From Octopus sinensis (taxonomy: Eukaryota), in the NCBI RefSeq assembly GCF_006345805.1, contig NC_043012.1:11470001-11534000 (forward strand): DNA of 64,000 bases, in the 5' to 3' direction. Below the pieces are notes generated by a model that saw nothing but the letters and a program-made list of their open reading frames with translations, had not been told where the DNA came from and searched no databases. Positions 12,847 through 26,382 of this stretch are shown piece after piece. Every line of letters begins with the position of its first letter. Position 1 is the stretch's first letter. A program made the translations under genes and the position numbers.

Positions 12847-12990
12847 TTTGGATTTGGTTTGCAAGATTCTTTATATGAGTTCGTGTATTGAAGCATATTC
12901 TGTTGTGTCTGGGGAGAGTCATTTTCTTTTTGTGCCTTATAATGTAAAACACTCACTGGTGAAATTTCCACTTATTTTATATTTTTATTT
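12847..12990. mobile_element. Single-arm copy of the element that forms the 30737-30911 palindrome
   Basis: tgttgtgtctggggagagtcatt...tttccacttattt and atatgagttcgtgtattgaagcatattc shared with 30737-30975. Confidence 0.75.
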
Positions 12991-13078
12991 TCCTAAAATT
13001 TTCGTTGCATCTTGCAATCTTTTCAATAGTCTTGACTCTCTTATTTTCTTTTTTCTTTTTATTTCATCATACTTTCAG

Positions 13079-13174
13079 CATTTAGAAGTTCATGATACAG
13101 TAGCTGAGTGCATGATTTTAGCCAATGAATGGGTAGCTCGGAAAATATCTTCAACATTTATTAACCATGCATTG
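13079..13174 (+). CDS. DIS3L: DIS3L exon (RNB)
   Basis: tttcag/gtaagt; [22 protein letters not shown]. Confidence 0.96.
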
Positions 13175-14454
13175 GTAAGTGTAGTCTTAATTTAATTCTC
13201 AGTGAGTACCTCGTACAGTGGAAGAGAAAAGATAATGAGTTCTAATATTTGTAACTTTGTAAGACAGTGAGCTGGCAGAATTGTTAGCATGCCAGGCAAA
13301 ATACTCAGTGGTATTAACGTCCTATGTTCAAATTCTGCTGAGGTTGACTTTATCTTTCATCCTTTCAGGGTCAATAAAATAAGTACCAGTCATACACTGG
13401 GGTCAGTGTGATCAACAAATCCCAACCCCTGAAATTTGAAACTAATATTTGTAATTTTGTCATATATGAAATTAGAAGCTGAAGAACCCACAATATTGTT
13501 AAGAGTAGGAGTTCTCACTTGGATGGAATGGAAAGTGTTTTGGAAAACCAGGCTATGGTTTGCCATTGCTGGGAAATCCTACTACACAACTTCCACCTTA
13601 AATTTTGTTGGGAAATATCATCAAAGGTCACAGTGGTGTTTCTTGCTTGAATACAAGCCATGCATTTATCTGTCTAAAATATAAAAAACGAGTTTAAATA
13701 ATGAATTTGATTTTAATGTAAATCCCTAATTTTTTTTCGTGACTGACAGTTAGAAGGGGGCTACATGCCAGCTTTCTGTACCCTGTTCCAATTAGATGGC
13801 TGTCATTTTTAATAAGTGCCAGGATTTACTCTTGAAGTACAATAAGCATTCTACTTTTGAGATGTTTCCATTGTGTCTTTTGTAATATTCTTGTGTAGAA
13901 TTGCCAAATGGATAAAGAATTATGCAGAACTGTCGTCAGCTGTTGGTCTGTTCTTTTGTTGTATATCATGAAGAATGACAATTGATGGTCACAGCTGGAA
14001 CCCCTTTGATCATGTATATACTCTGTCTGAGTTAACTAAGGGAAATGGGAAAGGCTAAACAACAACAGCCATCAATAACATAGTCCTTTTTATGTGTATA
14101 TTACTATAAATATGAAAAGAGAAAAACCCTTTTGTTATGACTTAGATGTAAAAGGGGTGCATCAGTGACCCTTTTTCTCAAGATTTCTAATACTGCCAGG
14201 ATAAAGGGAGGAAGTGATGATTAAGTCACAGACTCAGTCGAAATACTTCCAATAGTGTGGTCTTTACTAAAAAACCTCCGTAGAAGAAGGAATGGTGTTG
14301 AACAAGATGACAGGTTAAGTCTACCTTGGTTATTGAAGAAAGTAATTTTAAATTGATTATATTGTATCATCATTTTAATTAGAACTAATATAAACAAAAA
14401 TATATCGTTTGTGTGATTGCATTAATTGTCTTTTTCTGTCTGAATATTTTTCAG

Positions 14455-14607
14455 TTACGGCACCATCCTTTACCACGTCAGGAATTCTTTCAAGACATTA
14501 TTGATTTTGCTAAGGTGAAAAACTTCACCATTGATACCTCTTCCAATAAATCGCTGGCTGATTCTCTTGACAGGTGTGTTGATCCTAACGACATCTACTT
14601 CAACAAG
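14455..14607 (+). CDS. DIS3L: DIS3L exon (RNB)
   Basis: tttcag/gtgaaa; LRHHPLPRQEFF...IDTSSNKSLADSLD. Confidence 0.96.
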
Positions 14608-14769
14608 GTGAAACTAGTTTTCTTTTCCTTCTTTTTTCTTTTTATCTTTTATATTTAATATGAGTAAAAGACCATCATGTATACACGTGTCAGTACTTAC
14701 ATACATACATACAGATATACACGCATTCACACATACACACATATACATACCATTCATACATATACACGA

Positions 14770-15120
14770 TCATGGTTGTGTGGTTTGGAAGCTTGATTTG
14801 CAACCATGTAGTTTCAGGTTCAGTCCCTCTGCACAACACCTTGAGCAAGTGGCCCTGGGCCAGCCAATACCTTGTAAGTGAAATTGGTAAACAAAGTGTG
14901 TGAAAGCCTGTGCTATAGACACATATACGTATGTGTGTGTGCGTGTTTTTGCCCCACCCCCTTCCTACCACTTGACAGCTGGTGTTGATTTGTTTAACTT
15001 AGTGGTTTGGCAAAGGAGACCAACAAAATAAGCACCAGTACTGGAATTGATTTCTTTGACCAAAACTTTCCAAGGTGGTGCCCCAGCTTGACCACACTCC
15101 AATGGCTGAAACAAATAAAA
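14770..15120 (+). mobile_element. SINE family A (diverged)
   Basis: Head, microsatellite and tail recognisable. Confidence 0.7.
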
Positions 15121-15512
15121 GATAAACGATAAAGATATGCACACCAGCAGACCCACACACTGACATATTTATTTTCATATTACAAAAATATTAACCAAGG
15201 GAAGCGACTCAAGTGGGCCAATGTCATAAATTTAGATAATTCAGTAGGTGATGGTGTACTGAATAATTCAAGCAATTCTATACATATTGAAATTTGTATT
15301 TTTGTTGGTGAAAGAAAATGAAAGCCCAACGGCAATTCTGACTCTCAAACTAAAGGGAGATAAATTCTCAAAATTCAAGATTGATCTCTCTGAAGATTGG
15401 GTATTTGTGCTTCATGAGAAATCTGATTGTTGCTTGATAACAAACATGTCACTGGCATGTTTTTATCTATTTAGACTGCATCATGTCCATTATTTATTTA
15501 TGCATCCTTTTC

Positions 15513-15801
15513 AAGCTTAGCCAGGCTCATGGGCCCGGTTTCCCGGTTTCTGTGGCGTATGTGTTCCCCCAAGCTGGACGAGATGCCAGTCCATCACAGT
15601 GTTACTCAAGAAACAGGAAGAAAGAGTGAGAGAAAGTTGGCGTGAAAGAGTACAACAGGGGTCGCCACTACCCCCTGGCAGAGCCTCGTGGAGCTTTTAG
15701 GTGTTTTTGCTCAATAAACACACAACGTCCTGTCTGGGAATCGAAACCGCGATCCTCCGACCGCGAGTCCGCTGCCCTAACCACTGGGCCATTGCGCCTC
15801 C
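15513..15801 (-). mobile_element. tRNA-derived SINE family D; other copies 22674-22870(+), 27125-27383(-), 45893-46160(+), 63662-63730(+, head only)
   Basis: Head ggaggcgcaatggcccagtggttagggcagcggactcgcggtc...ggtttcgattccc with shared body. Confidence 0.8.
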
Positions 15802-16798
15802 ACTCATGTCCATAGCTGCCTCATTTTTAACAAACATTAGATTTTATCCCCAACTCATCATCTTCAGCCTCATTTTAGCAGGTCTTCAACTCATCTGTTG
15901 TAGTCCAGAAAATTATAATAAACCAAAGGATACTGAGATTTGATCTCTGTTGGACACCTACCTGCATATTATATTTATTTTCTGAATTCATTGTTAACTT
16001 TCTCTGTGCTCAAAGTATCTGTACAGGGCTTGCATGACTCTCACAAACCATTCATCTCCTTTTCCACCTTACTGAATACAGTGCCCTGTCATAGACCTTT
16101 TCAGGTCACCAAATTGTAGACTGAGTGTTTTGACTTTTTAGTGAGAACAGCTGTTGTCATTGCCTTACTTGGAAAAGTGTATCAGTGCAACTCATTGCAG
16201 GAACAAAACCTAAACGGCATCATCATCATCGTTAGTGTCCACCTTCCATGCAGGCATGGGTTGGACAGTTTGAGAGGAGCTGACCAAGTATAAGACTACC
16301 CAAGGCTACATGGTTTTTACGGCAGGATACACCTCCTTACACCAACCACCCTGCAGAGTGGACTGAGTGCTTTTTACATGGCACCAGCACAGATGAGGAC
16401 AGTTTTGGCATGGTTTTTACAGTTGGATGCCCTTCCAAGTGTCGCAGTGTGGAATAGATGCGTTTTACGTGGCACCAACACCAGCAGGGTTACCAAGTAA
16501 CTTGCAAGACAAATTTACTCTTTGTTCAATCTGTTGTGCAATAACTCTTGCAGTTACTTTCATAACCTGGCCCACCAAACTGATACCTCTGTAGTTGCTC
16601 CTTTGTGGAGCATATCCTTTATTCTTGTAGCTGATGACACAAGTATGTCAATTATTAATTAAGACACTTCTGTGTTCTACATGATTGACTACAAGAGTGA
16701 CTAACTTGTGTTCCACTTTGTCATACATTTTCGTCCTCTTAGCAACTGTCTCTGATGTTTGCATATTAATTCATGTTTTCTTATTTGTCTGTTTTCAG

Positions 16799-16948
16799 CT
16801 TTTACGAATGATGGCAGTCTTAGCAATGCCCCAGTCACTATATTTCTCAACAGGCTCTTTAAATCGGGATAATTTCTTCCACTATGGATTAGCTCTGGAT
16901 GTCTACACACATTTTACGTCACCTATTCGTCGATATGCTGATATCCTT
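16799..16948 (+). CDS. DIS3L: DIS3L exon (RNB motif IV)
   Basis: tttcag/gtaagt; [23 protein letters not shown]. Confidence 0.97.
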
Positions 16949-17488
16949 GTAAGTTTATCTAATCTCTTTCCTGTAAATATGATTCTGTACATCATCAATG
17001 TTTAACGTCCGCTTTCCATGCTAGCATGGGTTGGACGATTTGACTGAAGTCTGGCGAACCAGGTGGATGCACCAGGCTCCAATCTGATCTGGTTGAGTTT
17101 CTACAGCTGGATGCCCTTCCTGACGCCAACTACTCGAGAGCGTAGTGGGTGCTTTTACGTACCACCGGCATGGGGGCCAGTCAAGCAGTACTGGCAACAG
17201 CCATGCTCAACTGGTGCCTTTTGTGTGCCACCTGCACAGGAGCCAGTCCAGCGGCACTGGCAATGCCCTCGCTTGAATGTTTTTTATGACTTTAAAACAA
17301 AAAATTTATGTCATAGAACCTGGGGTAGTCTCAGGTGGGTTGGTATCAAAGGGGTTAAAAAATTGGCAATGTTTAAAATTTTGGCGTGGTTCCTTAGTTT
17401 CACAGTTTTTGTGTCTCTTTGAAATGAATTAATGTAAATTATTTCCATTACTGCTTTAATATTTGCTCTTTTTTTTTTTTTACTTGAG

Positions 17489-17596
17489 GTCCACCATCAA
17501 CTCTTGTCAGCGATTGGGGAAGGTCCTGATGACTACAAGCTACCTGGCAATGAAGAACTGCAGAAGTTCTGCGACCACATTAACATGAAGCACAGA
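17489..17596 (+). CDS. DIS3L: DIS3L exon (RNB end)
   Basis: T-rich tract plus uncommon GAG acceptor, gtaagc donor; VHHQLLSAI...ELQKFCDHINMKHR. Confidence 0.9.
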
Positions 17597-18781
17597 GTAA
17601 GCCATATGCCCTCCTTTACCACCACTGCCACCACCACAGCCACCACCATCATCATCATCCTCATCATTATCGTTGCTATCATTTACATGGAGCAGAATGT
17701 GACATACACCCGCCTTCATTATTATTATTGTAATGCCGAGGCAGCAAGCTGATCGAATCAATAGTGCTTAAAGCAATGGACGAAAAGCATTATGACATTT
17801 ATTCTGACACCTTATGGTTTGAGTTCAAATCCCATCAAGGTTAACTTTGCCTTTCATCTTTCCAAGGTCAACAAACATGGGACTAGTCTGAGGCAGTGAA
17901 CTTGCTGGAAATGGTGCAGCTTCAAATACGATGCATTGTGTTTGTTCTGAGTTCAAATCCTACTGCAGACAATAGATTTAATGACTTGATCAGTTTAACA
18001 CTAACACCAGGCCATTAGGTGCCTTTAGAAAAAAGCCACTCAGCCCAGATCTCTGGTTTGAGAATATTGATATCCCTCCCCCCTCCCTCTCCCTTTCTCC
18101 AGTCTCAGAGGCCTTAGAAAGGGTTATTGGCACCGCCTTATCTTCCTGACTAAAAGATAAAAACAACAAAATAAAATCACAGTCGTATGGTTCCAGGTTT
18201 GATCCTATGTTTCTGTTGAATGGACAGAAACTGTACTGAAGCCTGCTAGATGGATTGTATCTAATCATGGATGTTTGGCCTAATATGACATCATCCTGCT
18301 TGACCCTATCCTCATCTGGCTGTTTGCTATCATTGGCAGAATTCACTCTGTTACAAACACTCATAACAGGCAACCAGTTTTGAGGGATGTCAACAGCCTT
18401 TTTCTCACTGCCACACAGATCTACACATGTTATCAAGGCAATGTGCTTGCTCTCTCTCCTAGACACAAGAGTCAAGACTTCTTCAAATCGCACCTAACAG
18501 TCTTAGAAAGAAGGCCACGTTGGATAATGTTATCATATGTAATGAACCTTGATGTGATGGCTATGGCTGGAATGTTTTTCATTGTAAGTTAAAATTGTCA
18601 AGATTAACTTGGAGCAAGTCTAAACAACAATTAAAAGGATTTTGCCCCCATTTTTCTCCTACTAATGTCATGAGACCCCTTATAAAGGTTATGAGTGCAT
18701 TGTACTCCCTTATTCTCTCTGTACATTATAAAAATATACAGAAATTAAATTAAACTGTAACAATTTGTTTTTGTTTTTCAG

Positions 18782-18930
18782 GCAGCACAGAATGCTCAAC
18801 GTGATTCACAGAAAATGTTCCAAGCTTTATATTTCAAGGACAAATCTTTTGACAAAAATAAGGAAGATGTTATTGCTGAAGCTATTGTGATTCAGCTAAG
18901 ATCCAATGGGGTCCTTGTCTTTGTACCTCG
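18782..18930 (+). CDS. DIS3L: DIS3L exon (S1 start)
   Basis: tttcag/gtatgt; AAQNAQRDSQKMFQALYFKDK...IRSNGVLVFVPR-like. Confidence 0.95.
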
Positions 18931-19789
18931 GTATGTTCAGCACACAATTTGTCTTAAGATAATGGTCATGGACTGTGTATAACACTCTGCGTGCATGTGT
19001 AGTGTATGTGTGTGTGTTTGTGTGTGTGTGCATGCATGTGTATGTGTGTGTAGGGAGAATCTTAAGGCTCCATGCACTTACTTCATACACACGTACACAC
19101 TCACACACACATATGCTAGGTTCACACTTGTCTCACTTGTTACCCATGCTTCAATTATCCTTCAGGGTTGTTCCCCTTGCCACTCATGCTTTTAGTGACC
19201 TCTTCCTACTCCCAGTCATTTTGCCATTGCTCTTTTCTTTCTCGATCTTTTTTTCTCTCCTCATCTTTTCTTCCTTGAAGAAGGGCATTTGCTTGAAACA
19301 TAAAATACTTTTCCTTTTATTTTTCTCTGACTGTGTAGCCTAATACTCTTTATCTCTTCCTTACCTTTGAGTTATTTATAATTTTTGCACCACACACAAA
19401 CACGCACATATAGGGATGAACATGTTGACGTAAAGAGGAGAAAAGTACTTAATTCAGAAGTGGTGTATTTATTTAAAGCTTAAGGTGTTGAGCTGGCAGA
19501 ATCGTTAGCATGCTGGGTAAAATGCTTAGCATTTTGTCTGTCAAATTCTGCCGAGGCTAACTTTTCAGGGTTGACAAAATAAGTACCAGCTGAGCACTGA
19601 AGTCGATGTAATCGACTTACACCCTCCTTAAAATTGCTGGCCTTGTGCCAAAATTTGAAATCAGTAATATTTGAAATTAGGAGGGGATCCAAATGAATCT
19701 ATTATATAACAAAATAAACATTGACAATTATGTCAGGTTTTTGACCAAGTTTGTCAGTGTTCCTACATGCTGTGCAGGGGAGGCAATTC

Positions 19790-20444
19790 AATATAACTAA
19801 GGAAAAATTTCTGCCAGGATCAGATGGTGAGCACACAAAACAATTGTTGGCTTGCCATGTCCCCGACACATGAACCGAGAGTGATAAAAATCAAACATCC
19901 AGTCAACATCATGGTGTTTGGAGTGATCACTAGTGATGGCGACGTTATGCTTCCATTCATCTTCCCACATGGCCTCAGACTCAACAAGGAGGCCTACATT
20001 GAGTGCCTGGAGGAGGTAGTGCTGCCCTGGATGAAAAGGGTGGCTGCTGGAAGACCTTATGTCTAGCAACAGGACTCTGCACTATGTCACACAAGCAAGA
20101 GAACCCAGTCATGGCTGTCAGACAATTTCTGCAACCACATCACCCTTAACATCTGGCCACCTAACTCCCCGGACTGCAACCCCCTTGATTATTATGTGTG
20201 GGGTGCAGTTGATGAACTGAAGGCAAGGATTTTGGCAGCATTGACCATGCAGAAGAGTTGCAGGAGATTCCGAAGTCATCTGGAGGCTGTGGTTGAAGCC
20301 AATGGCAATTTTATTGAATGGATTTACTCTTTAGTTTTTCAAAATATTTTAATGCAATTTTGGTAAATATATCTGTCAAAATAAGATGTCAGTGTTACTT
20401 TCATTTTTGTGTAGCTTAGATGACAGTTTATTCACTGCACCCTA
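19790..20444 (+). mobile_element. Tc1/mariner DD37D (maT-like) transposon remnant; fragment also at 21287-21410
   Basis: KHPVNIMVFGVITSDG...QQDSA-(37 aa)-WPPNSPDCNPLDYYVWGAV with an in-frame TAG at 20064-20066; terminal gcaccctaTA. Confidence 0.85.
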
Positions 20445-20489
20445 TATATATATATATATAAAGTTTTCCGTGTTGAAGTTAAGCCCACC

Positions 20490-20832
20490 TCTGACCTTCT
20501 ATTGAAATCTTCTATGTTCCCCATGCCAACTATTACCTATTAAAATGTTATATCTGGTTCGGCAGTCAAAATTGGACAAAAATACAAAAGCTGCTGGAAA
20601 AATAACATCGTTATGGGAATTTCCATTCAAACACCTGATTGAGCTCACAAAAATCAATGCCAATTGAGCATTATCAAGTTTTCGAAAAATTCTGGTCTTA
20701 TTTGAATTTCAGGATATGTGATCTACCTATGTGCCTAAAATCATTAAAATTGGTTCGACGGTGTGGGAGGCATTAGAGTAACTCCCAAACACACACATAC
20801 ACAGACACCATTACACATTTATGTACATAGAT
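20490..20832 (+). mobile_element. Possible non-autonomous Helitron/Helentron-like element
   Basis: Ends in (ACAC/ACAG)n followed by catttatgtacatagat, an end style typical of such elements; no internal homology checked. Confidence 0.35.
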
Positions 20833-20895
20833 ATATTTATAAACAACTATTTCCTTGAGATAAATAAAACACAATTCATTTATTATTTCCACCAG

Positions 20896-21073
20896 CTTTG
20901 GTCTGAAAGGTCCAGTTTATTTGAAAGACAAGCAAGATAAAGTTGTAGAGTTCTCCGCAGCAAATCAAAAGATGGAATGGGGTCATGGCTCCATAACCCG
21001 TGGTGATAATCATGTTACAGTTATAAGTCGCTCTGGCAAAAAGATGAAGTTTACTCTCTTGCAGCACATAACT
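20896..21073 (+). CDS. DIS3L: DIS3L exon (S1)
   Basis: caccag/gtaagt; FGLKGPVYLKDKQDKV...FTLLQHIT. Confidence 0.93.
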
Positions 21074-24066
21074 GTAAGTCATTTATTTCTTTATTTATTT
21101 GTTTATTTATTACTCATTCATCATCATCATCATCATCATCATCATCGTTTAATGTCCGCCTTCCATGTTAGCATGAGTTGGACGATTTTGACCGAGGGCT
21201 CGTGAACCAGATGGCTGCACCAGGCTCCAATCTTGATCTGGTAGAGTTTCTACAGCTGATGCCCTTCCTAACACCAACCACTTAATACAGAGGTCTACAT
21301 TGAATGCCTGAAGGAGGTAGTAATGCCTTGTGTCAAGAGGGTGGCTGCTGGAAGACCCTATGTCTGGCAACAGGACTCTGCACTATGCCACACAGGCAAG
21401 AGAACCCAGTCATCATCATCATCATCATCATCATCATCGTTTAACGTCCGTTTTCCGCGCTAGCACGGGTTGGACGGTTCGACCGGGGTCTGGGGAGCCA
21501 GGGGCTGCCCCAGGCTCCAGTCTGATCTGGCAGTGTTTCTACAGCTGGATGCCCTTCCTAACGCCAACCACTCCGCGAGTGTAGTGGGTGCTTTTTACGT
21601 GCCACCTGGGCTAATAAAAAAAAATAAGGGAACAGAACCTGTTATCTGAAGGGAGCAGGATCCCTTTTGGGTTATTTAGGAATGACTGATTAAGCTGAGA
21701 CGTTGTCAAGTTGCCAGTGTTGGTGAAAATGACCCAGATAATACAGTACTGAACTTGAGTATTAAATAACCGTTAAAAGACACCTAGAAATTTTTGAGCT
21801 TTACAGAAGCACAGTAATGCTTTTGTAGCTTGTTGTTGTTATGTTACCTATAAAGGAGCATAATTATAGTAGTTCTGTTGAGGTTCATTTACTATTTACT
21901 GAGATGCCATGGTTCTCATCTGTTGATCTCTAAATCATTGACATTGTACATGTTGTAAACGTGTCTCACTGTCATATAAGTGATGTCTTTTGTTTCCCTT
22001 CATCTTCATCATCACCATCGTTTAACGTCCGCTTTCCATGTTGGCATGAGTTGGACAGTTTGACTAGGGACTGGTGAGCCAGGAGACTGCACCAGGCTCC
22101 GATCTGATCTGGCTGAGTTTCTACAGCTGGATGCCCTTCCTAATACCAACCACTCCGAGAGTTTAGTAGGTACTTTTACATGCCACCGGCACAAGGGCCA
22201 GTAAGGCGATGCTGGTAACGATCACAGTCAACGGCCCTGGCAATGATCATGCTCGGATGGTGCTCTTAGTGCTCCACTACCATGGATACCAGTCATGTGG
22301 TGCTGTCATCAAATTTGATTTCGATTTCACTTGCCTCAACAGGTCTTCGCAAGCAGAGTTTAGTGTCCAAGAAAGGTACGCATAAGTGGGCTGGTTACAC
22401 CACTGTCATAGGCCGTGGGTTATGGTCTCACTTGGCTTGCTTGGTCTTCTCGTGCACAGCATATTTCTATGAAATAGAAGATTTTCAATCTTCTATGAAA
22501 ATATGTCCAGCCAGCTATGGGGAATATTACTTTACTTGAAAGCAGACAAGGATTGACAATAGAGAGGGCATTTGCCTGTAGAAAATCTACCTCATCATAT
22601 TTTATGTAACTCATGTGAGCATGGGAAAGGGAATAACAACAACAACAATAAGGATGACGACAGCAACAACAGTGGAGGCACAATGGCCCAGTGGTTAGGG
22701 CAGTGGACCCGCGGTCAGAGGATCATGGTTTCGATTCCCAGACTGGGCGATGTGTGTGTTTATTGAGAGAAAACACCTAAAGCTCCACGAGTCTCTGGCA
22801 GGGGGGGTGGCAACCCCTGTTGTACTCTTTCGCTCCAACTTTCTCTCACTCTTTCTTCCTGTTTCTTGTCCTCGACTTCCTACGCAACCGCTGAGCCTGG
22901 ATGCACATTCATCCATCCATCGATGCTCTCGTTGTCGGGGATTGACCTGCTTTGTCTTCTGCGGGTCTTATGAATAGCAAAGGACCACGTTTTTGACTTC
23001 TACTACGGACGAAGACAGCTTCGCTCAACAAACAAACAAACAGCAACGACACTAACAATGATGATGATCATTCTCTCAAAGTTGGCTGTGAGTCCTTGGG
23101 AAATCACCAATTGGACTAAGGGTCACACTGTAAACAGCTGCTTTTGAAAGGTAGAAACCAGCCAGTAGACACATTCAATTGGTTTCAGCAGTTGTTGTAG
23201 TTAGGTCTGTAAATAAGGGCTGCAGATGTCATCATCATCATCATCATCATCGTTTAACGTCTGCTTTCCATGTTAGCATGGGTTGGACGATTTTTGACTG
23301 AGGGCTGGCAAACCAGATGGCTGCACCAGGCTCCAATCTTGATCTGGCAGAGTTTCTACAGCTGGTTGCCCTTCCTAACGCCAACCACTCTGAGAGTGTA
23401 GTGGGTGCTTTTATGTGCCACCGGTACTGGCAACGACCTCACTCGAATCTTATTACATGTGCCACTGGCACAGGTGTCAGTGAAGCGACGTTGGTAACGA
23501 TCACGCTCGAATGGTGCCCTTTTATGTATATGCTTTTACTAGCAACTTTGTTCATTAGAACACAGTTGCTAGTAATATTCCCTAGACAGGAAAGATTAAC
23601 ACTAACATTGGTCATATTAAAAAAGTATTTAGTTCTTGTGTGCATGGGAAAGGGTGTCTATTGGGGATAAGGTCACCTTGTTAAGATCCAATGTCTCTTT
23701 CTTATTTCATTAAAATGGTAGGATGAGTTGAGGGATATTCTATTGTTATATAGAGATTCTCAGTTTGGTTTGTGTTCCATTATTGTTGCTATTGTTTAGC
23801 AACAAGCCTGATCCAGTAAACCTTTGATCAAAATAACCGTGGTTAACTTGTTTATTTCTTCTTGGGATAATGTATCTAAGACTACATTGTTCAATATTTC
23901 TTAGAGTTTTTTTGTTTTAAGATGATAGGATGAAGACTATTTCTTCTAGCAACCAATCAAATGGTCACACTGAGACTTCATCACTGAAATCTGTGACTGA
24001 TTGATATCAGATGAAAATAAACTTTATATATATGTATATATATATATTTTTTTTTTCCTGTTTTAG

Positions 24067-24201
24067 GTAATTATTTCCTTAGAATTGGTCAATGCTCATC
24101 AACCAAATGTTAAACTGGAGCTGCTTTCTGATAAACCGATTCTTTTACAAAACCAAAATCAAACTGATCTAAAAAATGTGTTTGACAAGCTTTCTAAAAA
24201 G
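24067..24201 (+). CDS. DIS3L: DIS3L exon (S1 end)
   Basis: ttttag/gtaaat; VIISLELVNAHQPNVKLELLSDKP. Confidence 0.9.
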
Positions 24202-24210
24202 GTAAATATA

Positions 24211-24233
24211 TGTGTGTGTGTACATGTGTGTGA

Positions 24234-24265
<32 letters not shown>

Positions 24266-24535
24266 ATGTATGTATGTATGTATGTATGTATGTATGTATG
24301 TATGTATGTATGTATGTATGTATGTATGTATGCATGTATGTATGCATGTATGTATGTATGTATGTATGTTTGTATGCATGTATGTATGTATGTATGTATG
24401 TATGTATGCATGCATGTATGTATGTTTGTTTGTATGTATGTATGTATGTTTGTTTGTATGTATGTATGTATGTATGTTTGTATGTATGTATGTTTGTATA
24501 TATGTATGTATGTATGTATGTATATGTGTGTGTGT
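24211..24535. repeat. (TG)n/(TGTA)n microsatellite
   Basis: Direct reading. Confidence 0.97.
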
Positions 24536-25006
24536 GTCCTTATCATCATCACTTTAACATCCACTGTGCATGAGTGAGAGAGAATTTGTTGAAACAAATT
24601 TTCTATGGCTGGATGCCTTTCCTGTTGCCAACCCTTACCTTTTTCCAAGCAAGATGATATTTCCCTATCATCAAAGTCGTTTTGCATGGAAGATTGAAAA
24701 TGTACAACATCATTTGTATGATAGTGTGGCACAAGGTTTGTTTGATCAAGAACTGACCTTTTAGTTTGAAATTTATTTACTTTTCTTATTAATACTTTAA
24801 ATCTCTGACTGGATTTGCTCCCTGCATTCTTTTTCCTTCTCTTTTGAAACTCATTTCAGATACTTTTATATTTTATCATATTTCCATTTAATTTAATTTG
24901 ATTTAATTTTTTCCTCTTTCTATAAATCATGTTGAAAATTATATCTGAGTGAAATAGAATTTAATAATAATAATTCTTTGTTTCTTTTCCTCTTTTTATC
25001 CTTCAG

Positions 25007-25156
25007 GATGCAAACGCCTTGAGTGCTGATGAAATAGCAGCTGCCTCAGCGAACTCATTTACTCATCTGAATACAGAATACAGACAGTCTGAGGCTGAAA
25101 ATAGTTTGTATGAAGTGTTTGAATCTTTCCAGGAAATGGGTATAATGTCCGTATAA
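25007..25156 (+). CDS. DIS3L: DIS3L terminal coding exon
   Basis: cttcag acceptor; EYRQSEAENSLYEVFESFQEMGIMSV* resembles vertebrate EYRQTKGRSLYTLLEEIRDL; TAA at 25154-25156. Confidence 0.9.
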   Translation, partial: DANALSADEIAAASANSFTHLNTEYRQSEAENSLYEVFESFQEMGIMSV

Positions 25157-25251
25157 GGAAATGGATTTTGTTGAACCAGTTTTGTACATTTTGACCTAAA
25201 TGGGTGATTGTTGTAAATATTTGTCTGTACATACACATGTATATGTCTGTG

Positions 25252-25293
<42 letters not shown>

Positions 25294-25352
25294 GTGAATG
25301 TGTGTTTGTGTGTGCGTGTTTGTCTTTTTTTTAGAAATTTCTAAGATTTAAA

Positions 25353-25366
25353 AATAAAAAAATAAA
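25353..25366 (+). terminator. Two AATAAA polyadenylation signals for DIS3L
   Basis: AATAAA at 25353-25358 and 25361-25366, about 200 nt after the stop. Confidence 0.55.
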
Positions 25367-25969
25367 ACTTTACACATGAACCCTTTCAACATTTAGAATG
25401 ATTTTTAATTTGTTGTTTGTTGTTTATTTTTTCCTGTTACAAATTCTATGTTGTTGTTTGTCTCTAGATCAGGCCTGACTAAACGGTCATCGTTGAAGTC
25501 ATCGCCACCACTGCCTTCGTCATTTAACGTCTGTTTTCCATGCTGGCATGGGTTGGACGGTTTGTCATGGAGCTGTCCAGCTGGGAACTGCCCTTCCCAA
25601 TGCCCACCACTTATCAGAGGGCGCTGGATGCATTTTACATTCCACTGGCATGGGTGCTTTTTATTTGGCACTGGCACCTAAAAGAACAAACCTTTATGTG
25701 TGGAACACAGTGATTTTACTTAGCTTTATGCGCCATATCAAGTACAGCAAATCGCCACATCCCCTAGTCCCTTGTCATTTCCTCAGCGGGCCCCAGCATC
25801 TAAAGATCTTTCCTCACATCTTCCTGGGTCTACTCATTCCACAGGTACCCTCCACATTTAGGGCCCAGCACTTCTTTACGCAGCTGTCCTCATCCATATT
25901 AAAACTATTTCACATATGACCATCCCTTCTGATTTTATTATATATCAGGAACTACACATTACCCTTTTT

Positions 25970-26382
25970 TACTCTTTTACTTGTTTCACTCATTTGACTG
26001 TGGCCATGCTGGAGCACCACCTTCAGTCGAGTAAATCAATCCCAGGACTTATTCTTTGGATGCCTAGTACTTATTCTATCGGTCTCTTTTGCCGAACCGC
26101 TAAGTTACGGGGACATAAATACACTACCATCAGTTGTCAAGCGATGCTGGGGGAACAAACACAGACACATAAACATACACACACACATATACATATACAT
26201 ATATATATATATATATATACGACGGGCTTCTTTCAGTTTCCGTCTACTAAATCTACTCACAAGGCTTTGGTCGGCCCGAGGCTATAGTAGAAGACACTTG
26301 CCCAAGGTGCCACCTAGTGGGACTGAACCCGGAACCTTGTGGTATGTAAGCAAGCTACTAACCACACAGCCACTCCTATGCG
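25970..26382 (-). mobile_element. SINE family A
   Basis: Full-length match. Confidence 0.85.

Noticed and set aside
16632-16755. TGATGA...CTGA as a box C/D snoRNA in a DIS3L intron
   Set aside because: Box C lacks the purine, no terminal stem, no clear D' box, and it lies only about 43 nt from the 3' splice site
20701-20760. tttcag acceptor before the true DIS3L exon at 20896
   Set aside because: Downstream reading does not match DIS3L and lies in a probable repeat
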